Made by a program: the position numbers and the translations under genes
Assembly: GCA_016793645.1 (NCBI GenBank)
Contig: JAEUHD010000275.1
Coordinates: 596 to 64,595 of the forward strand
Length of the DNA: 64,000 bases
Direction: 5' to 3'
From: Verrucomicrobiales bacterium
GTDB lineage: Bacteria; Verrucomicrobiota; Verrucomicrobiia; Limisphaerales; UBA9464
The notes under the pieces: generated by a model
Told to the model about the DNA's origin: nothing
The model's database searches: none
The model's input: only the letters and a program-made list of their open reading frames with translations
Part shown: piece by piece, positions 59,686-64,000 of the stretch
Layout of the letters: each line of letters opens with the position of its first letter
Numbering within the stretch: the stretch's first letter is position 1

Positions 59686-62373
59686 TCAATCAACAAAGGA
59701 GAATTCATTGAGATTGAACAACACCCGGCAGCAGTTGGTCATGCCGAATCGGGAGGCATACTCCAGAAGGGCCGCCTGCTCCGATGATGCCGGGTCACGC
59801 CCCAAAATGCGTTGGTGCGCGCGACGCACCTGGGCGGAAAGGTCTCCCCCTTCCCCGGCGACGGCAGCACCCGCCTCGCGGGACATGGACAGCACAAGTC
59901 CGTTGTTCAACACGGCGAGTGCCTGGAGTGGAGAGGTGCTTTCGTTGCGTCGCGCCACCTGCATCGAGGGGTCGGCGCAGTCCAGCGTCGTCAGGAAGGG
60001 CTGGGGCTGCGACCGGACAATCCAGCGGTAGATCGAACGGCGTTGGGACGCAGGGTCCGAGGGGTTGTGCAGCCCGTATTCGTAATGGGGAGAATGCTCC
60101 GGCTTCTCGACCACAAAGTCCCGGAAGCTGGGCCCGCCCATGCGCAAATCCAGCCGCTCCGCGGTCATCAGCAGCGCATCCCGGACAGCCTCCGCCTCGA
60201 GTTTCCTCCGATTCATCCGCCACCACAGACGGTTGCCGGAGTCGATCTGGGCGGCCTCCGGACGATCCTCGCTGCGCTGGCGGTAGGTGGCACTCGTCAC
60301 CAGCAGACGATGCAATGCCTTGAGCGACTGCCCGCCATCCCGAAACTCCGAGGCGAGCCAGTCCAGAAGTTCCGGATGACTGGGAAGGGCTCCCATGCGG
60401 CCAAAATCATTGGGAGTCTCCACGAGGCCGCGCCCGAAATGATACTGCCAGACGCGGTTGACCGCGGAACGCCATGTCAGCGGATTGCGCGGATCCGTCA
60501 GCCACGCCGCCAGGGCAGCCCGGCGATCCCCTTCCCGATGTTCCGGAGCGAGCGAAAACTCCCCGGACAATTCGGGAATGCACCGGAGGCTTCCCGGCCC
60601 GACCTCCACGCCGGGCTTCTGGATGCTGCCCCGTGCAAGAACCCGGATCGTCCTGGGCTTTCCACCGCCTTTTCCGGTTCCGGCAAAAGCCCCGGAGCCT
60701 GAATACACCGACGCCACGTAGGCGGTGGATGGGGCGGGAAGATGGGCCTCGGTCTCCTTCAACGAGGCCAGCGCCTGGGAATTCTCCCCGATCTCCCGGC
60801 GCTCCGACTCCTGGGTCGAGGCTTGCAGCAGCTCAGTCCGTTGGCGCTGGAGGGAAAGAACCTGTGCATCATTCGTGGACGCAACCCCGGGATACCAGCC
60901 GTCGGTGAGGTTGACGCGCTGCCAGCGGTTCGGAGCCTCGATGGAGTCGAGGGACGCCACCGCCGCCCCCAGCGCCGCATTGCGCCCTTCCGACGTCAAC
61001 GCGGAGATTTCGGCGAGGGCGAAAATGAAATCATCCTGCCGTGGCGCGAGCTTGGTGGCGGTGACCCGGATGAAGCGAACCCGGCGGCCGGCGGTTTCCG
61101 CCGCGAAGGGCCTGAGTCCGGGGTTGGGCACGTCGGCCCGGGTTTCGTCGGCAATCATCACCGGATTCCGAAACCCGTCCTCCCCGGACACCTCGACGCG
61201 GAAGCGGACGGGAAAGCCAAACCCATTTCCGATTCCGTTGAAGTCATCCCGGCACGGGTGGAGGACGACATTCGCCAGCGGAACCGGGGCCCCGAGGTCC
61301 ACCTGCACCCACTTTTCGACATCGTCCTTCTTCTCGATGTTGCTGTGAAACCCGTAGGCATCACCGATCTTCATCGTCGCCTCGCGCGAGGCGATGGCCT
61401 GCTCAAGATTCGTCAGGGTCACCCCGGCACGGGAGCGGATGGTTTCATCGAGGGTTCGCTGCCGTGCCATCAACACCTGTGCCCGGTCCCGGATCTCCTT
61501 CCGGGTTTTGGCCACGCCGGGATCCCAATCGTATTTCCGGTCGGCCCGATCCACAGCGGCGAACACGGCCTGAAGGCGGTAGTAGTCCTCCTGGGAAATC
61601 GGATCGAATTTGTGGTTGTGACACTGGGCGCATTGGACCGTCAGACTGTTGAATGTCTGGAGCGTGTTCACGACCATGTCGTCACGGTCGAGATGGCGCG
61701 CCACCTGGCCATCCATCTTGGTCTCCGGAACCTCGGCGTGCCCGATCAGGTCCCACGGACCCGCGGATACAAATCCGAGCGCTTCCACACCGTCCCGGCT
61801 GTCGGGAAACAGGACGTCGCCGGCAATCTGCTCCTCAATGAAACGTGAATAGGGGCGGTCCTGATTGAACGCACGGACCACGTAGTCCCGGTAAGGCCAC
61901 GCGTTCGGCCGAGGCTGGTCCTTGTCGTAGCCATGGGTCTCCCCGTAGTGGACCACATCCAGCCAGTGCCTCGCCCAACGCTCTCCATACTGGGGGGACG
62001 CAAGCCAGCGGTCCACGAGGCGTTCGTAGGCGTTGGGGTCGGACTCCGTGAGAAACGCGTCCACTTCGGCGGCACTGGGGGGCAGGCCGCGAAGGTCAAA
62101 GCTCAGCCGCCGAATCAGTGTGCGCCGGTCGGCCTCGTCCGAAGGGGGAATTCCGGCGGAATCCAAGCCCGCCTGGACGAAGGCGTCGACCGGGTTTCGA
62201 GTCCCGCGGGAGGTCTTGGGAATGGGAGGCCGGCGAAGGGGTTGGAGTGACCACCACAGGTTGGTGGAACTGCGGGGCTCCGACGATCCGGGTGCCGCGG
62301 AGAGCAGGCCTCCCGCCAGCAGGATGCCGGCGGCGAGTACCCGCCAAACCCGGATGAGAAATGTGCTCCGCAT
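59686..62373 (-). CDS. DUF1549/DUF1553 protein with an inserted F5/8-type (discoidin-like) domain
   Basis: WWSLQPL, NPVDAFV, LIRRLSFDLRGLPP, YGERWARHWLDVVHY, CAQCHNHKFDPI, WVQVDLG, VNRVWQYHFGRGLV, HPELLDWLA and PLQALAVLN. Confidence 0.92.
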   Translation of the reverse strand: MRSTFLIRVWRVLAAGILLAGGLLSAAPGSSEPRSSTNLWWSLQPLRRPPIPKTSRGTRNPVDAFVQAGLDSAGIPPSDEADRRTLIRRLSFDLRGLPPSAAEVDAFLTESDPNAYERLVDRWLASPQYGERWARHWLDVVHYGETHGYDKDQPRPNAWPYRDYVVRAFNQDRPYSRFIEEQIAGDVLFPDSRDGVEALGFVSAGPWDLIGHAEVPETKMDGQVARHLDRDDMVVNTLQTFNSLTVQCAQCHNHKFDPISQEDYYRLQAVFAAVDRADRKYDWDPGVAKTRKEIRDRAQVLMARQRTLDETIRSRAGVTLTNLEQAIASREATMKIGDAYGFHSNIEKKDDVEKWVQVDLGAPVPLANVVLHPCRDDFNGIGNGFGFPVRFRVEVSGEDGFRNPVMIADETRADVPNPGLRPFAAETAGRRVRFIRVTATKLAPRQDDFIFALAEISALTSEGRNAALGAAVASLDSIEAPNRWQRVNLTDGWYPGVASTNDAQVLSLQRQRTELLQASTQESERREIGENSQALASLKETEAHLPAPSTAYVASVYSGSGAFAGTGKGGGKPRTIRVLARGSIQKPGVEVGPGSLRCIPELSGEFSLAPEHREGDRRAALAAWLTDPRNPLTWRSAVNRVWQYHFGRGLVETPNDFGRMGALPSHPELLDWLASEFRDGGQSLKALHRLLVTSATYRQRSEDRPEAAQIDSGNRLWWRMNRRKLEAEAVRDALLMTAERLDLRMGGPSFRDFVVEKPEHSPHYEYGLHNPSDPASQRRSIYRWIVRSQPQPFLTTLDCADPSMQVARRNESTSPLQALAVLNNGLVLSMSREAGAAVAGEGGDLSAQVRRAHQRILGRDPASSEQAALLEYASRFGMTNCCRVLFNLNEFSFVD

Positions 62374-62592
62374 GCAAACCGACCACCAACGCAATCCGGC
62401 GTTTGGACCTCATTGTCCCGTCCTGCATTCATCCACATGGGTGCAGGCCGGAATCCGCCGGGCGATGATTGCCCAACAGAACGGGCGCACCGGCGAAACG
62501 GCAAGGACAGAATCGTTTCGGAACCGGGGCGGGAATGAGGAACCGGGCCGCGCTTGACCCCATCGACGGGACCCGCTTCCTTCACCGGCGTC

Positions 62593-62847
62593 ATGCCCAC
62601 CTATGTGTACGAGACCGTTCCCGCGAAACCCGGACAGGGGGTCCGCCGTTTTGAAATCAAGCAGTCCATGAAGGATGAGCCTCTGACCCGGGACCCGGAA
62701 ACGGGTCTTCCCGTCCGCCGGGTGATCTCGGGTGGGTTCGCGCCCTTGATGCAGGGGGCAGCCTCGGAGTCCGCCTGCGACAGTGGCGCCTGCCCGGTGC
62801 CCCCGCCCTCGAGTCATGGGTGCGGCCCCATGTGCGGCTGCGTCTAG
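62593..62847 (+). CDS. FmdB-family-like small protein (ribbon lacks Cys, tail is Cys-rich)
   Basis: MPTYVYE...FEIKQSMKDEPLTRDPETGLPVRRVISGG. Tail CDSGAC...HGCGPMCGC. Confidence 0.8.
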   Translation: MPTYVYETVPAKPGQGVRRFEIKQSMKDEPLTRDPETGLPVRRVISGGFAPLMQGAASESACDSGACPVPPPSSHGCGPMCGCV

Positions 62848-62938
62848 TTCCTGGCACAGGCTCCTCCCGTCACCCGCGACACCCACCCCGCGGGTGTTTG
62901 CTTCTTCCCTTGGACTGGGTTACCTCTCCCGCCCGTTT

Positions 62939-64000
62939 ATGCCCGCAGATTCCCGCATTCCCGTCTCCGTTCTCACCGGATTTCTCGGAGCCGGCAAGAC
63001 CACGCTCCTCAATCACATTCTCACCGCCAATCATGGCAAGCGGATCGCCGTCATCGAAAACGAGTTTGGCGAAATCGGCATCGACAACGCCCTCGTGATC
63101 AATGCCGACGAGGAGATCTTCGAGATGAACAACGGGTGCATCTGCTGCACCGTCCGAGGAGACCTCATCCGGATCCTCGGACAACTCCTGAAACGCCGCG
63201 ACAAGTTTGACTACATCCTGGTGGAAACCACCGGCCTCGCCGATCCGGGACCCGTGGCGCAGACCTTTTTTTCGGATGAGGAGATGAAGGGCGCCTTCCG
63301 CCTCGACGGCATCGTCACCCTCGTCGATGCCCGGCACGTCCGCCTTCATCTGGACGATGCGCCGGAGGCCAAGGCGCAAATCGCCTTTGCCGACCGCATT
63401 CTCCTCAACAAGGTGGACCTCGTCACGGAGAACGACCTGGAGGAGTTGGAGGAGCGCATTCGCGGCATCAACGCCGTGGCCAAAATCTTCCGAACGACCC
63501 AGGCCAATCTGACGGTGGATCAGGTCCTCAACATCCATGCCTTCGACCTCGACCACAAACTGACTGTGGACGGGGATTTTCTGGCCAAGGATCTCCCGTT
63601 CGAATGGAGCGGGGCGTATCATCTCGACGCCGGCGCTCATGAACTGGTGCTGGAAGCCGGGCCGGATCCGGTCATGGGGGCGGTGCTCCTGCAGTTGGAT
63701 GCCCACGAGGCCCATTCCCACGGGCATGAGGAGCATCCTCATCACGGCGAAGCCCACGCGGGCGAGGAAGACCACGACCATGACCACACGCATGACCATG
63801 ATCACGGCCATGAGCATCACCACGGTCATGACGGGGAACACTGCCACGGCGGACTTCACGAGGCCCTGCATGAGGCGGAAGCCCGGGCGACCGCCCTGTT
63901 TTCCTATCCGGCAAAGACGGTCCGGAACGGAGGCGAACTCCGGCCGGGATCGGCGCTCTACAAGCTGGTTCTTGGGGAGGACCGGACCACATTTCGAGTG
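62939..64000 (+). CDS. COG0523/CobW-family metallochaperone GTPase, 3'-truncated by the window edge (absent from the ORF track)
   Basis: My translation from ATG 62939 gives VLTGFLGAGKTT, IENEFGE, NGCICCTVRG, VETTGLADP, LVDA, QIAFADRILLNKVD and a His-rich tract. The frame is open to the end of the window. Confidence 0.95.
   Translation, partial: MPADSRIPVSVLTGFLGAGKTTLLNHILTANHGKRIAVIENEFGEIGIDNALVINADEEIFEMNNGCICCTVRGDLIRILGQLLKRRDKFDYILVETTGLADPGPVAQTFFSDEEMKGAFRLDGIVTLVDARHVRLHLDDAPEAKAQIAFADRILLNKVDLVTENDLEELEERIRGINAVAKIFRTTQANLTVDQVLNIHAFDLDHKLTVDGDFLAKDLPFEWSGAYHLDAGAHELVLEAGPDPVMGAVLLQLDAHEAHSHGHEEHPHHGEAHAGEEDHDHDHTHDHDHGHEHHHGHDGEHCHGGLHEALHEAEARATALFSYPAKTVRNGGELRPGSALYKLVLGEDRTTFRV

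Noticed and set aside
62848-62938. Possible riboswitch or Zur box upstream of the COG0523 gene
   Set aside because: Only a short ACACCC/GGGTGT hairpin and a pyrimidine-rich stretch. I recognise no cobalamin or ZTP riboswitch consensus and no AT-rich Zur palindrome.
62870-63871. 333-aa minus-strand ORF with a Met/Val-rich N-terminus
   Set aside because: It is the antisense reading of the His-rich COG0523 gene (CAT/CAC codons read as ATG/GTG).

Overview
GC-rich bacterial chromosome segment, most likely Verrucomicrobiota. This assignment is inferred from the gene families present: DUF1501 and DUF1549/DUF1553 loci, an LTD-CotH protein, ASPIC/UnbV proteins, a fused SecDF and YHS-like small proteins. 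I can support about 44 protein-coding genes. Many are housekeeping: yajC-secDF, rsmE, gltB, mutM, xylB, cysC, msrBA, msrA, rlmI, ribBA-ribH, tilS-ftsH and lptD. They are interleaved with uncharacterised envelope loci: a three-permease ABC-2 operon, an ECF sigma/anti-sigma/Spy-like trio, a membrane pentaheme cytochrome-TPR gene paired with a CRTAC1/ASPIC gene, and two DUF1501 + DUF1549/1553 loci. The first CDS (cytochrome c peroxidase) and the last (COG0523 GTPase, missing from the ORF track) run off the window edges. I found no rRNA, tRNA, CRISPR array, prophage, transposase or defence system. The best non-coding signals read directly from the sequence are a 176-bp nested-palindrome MITE-like element flanked by CTAG at the ccp stop codon (689-872) and a 28-bp dif-like AT-rich site between convergent genes (58074-58101). 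The most unusual protein architectures are an RluA pseudouridine synthase fused to a Cys-less RlmK/RlmQ-like methyltransferase, and a His-bearing membrane domain + 5xCxxCH + TPR protein. All family assignments come from motif recognition by eye; no searches were run.
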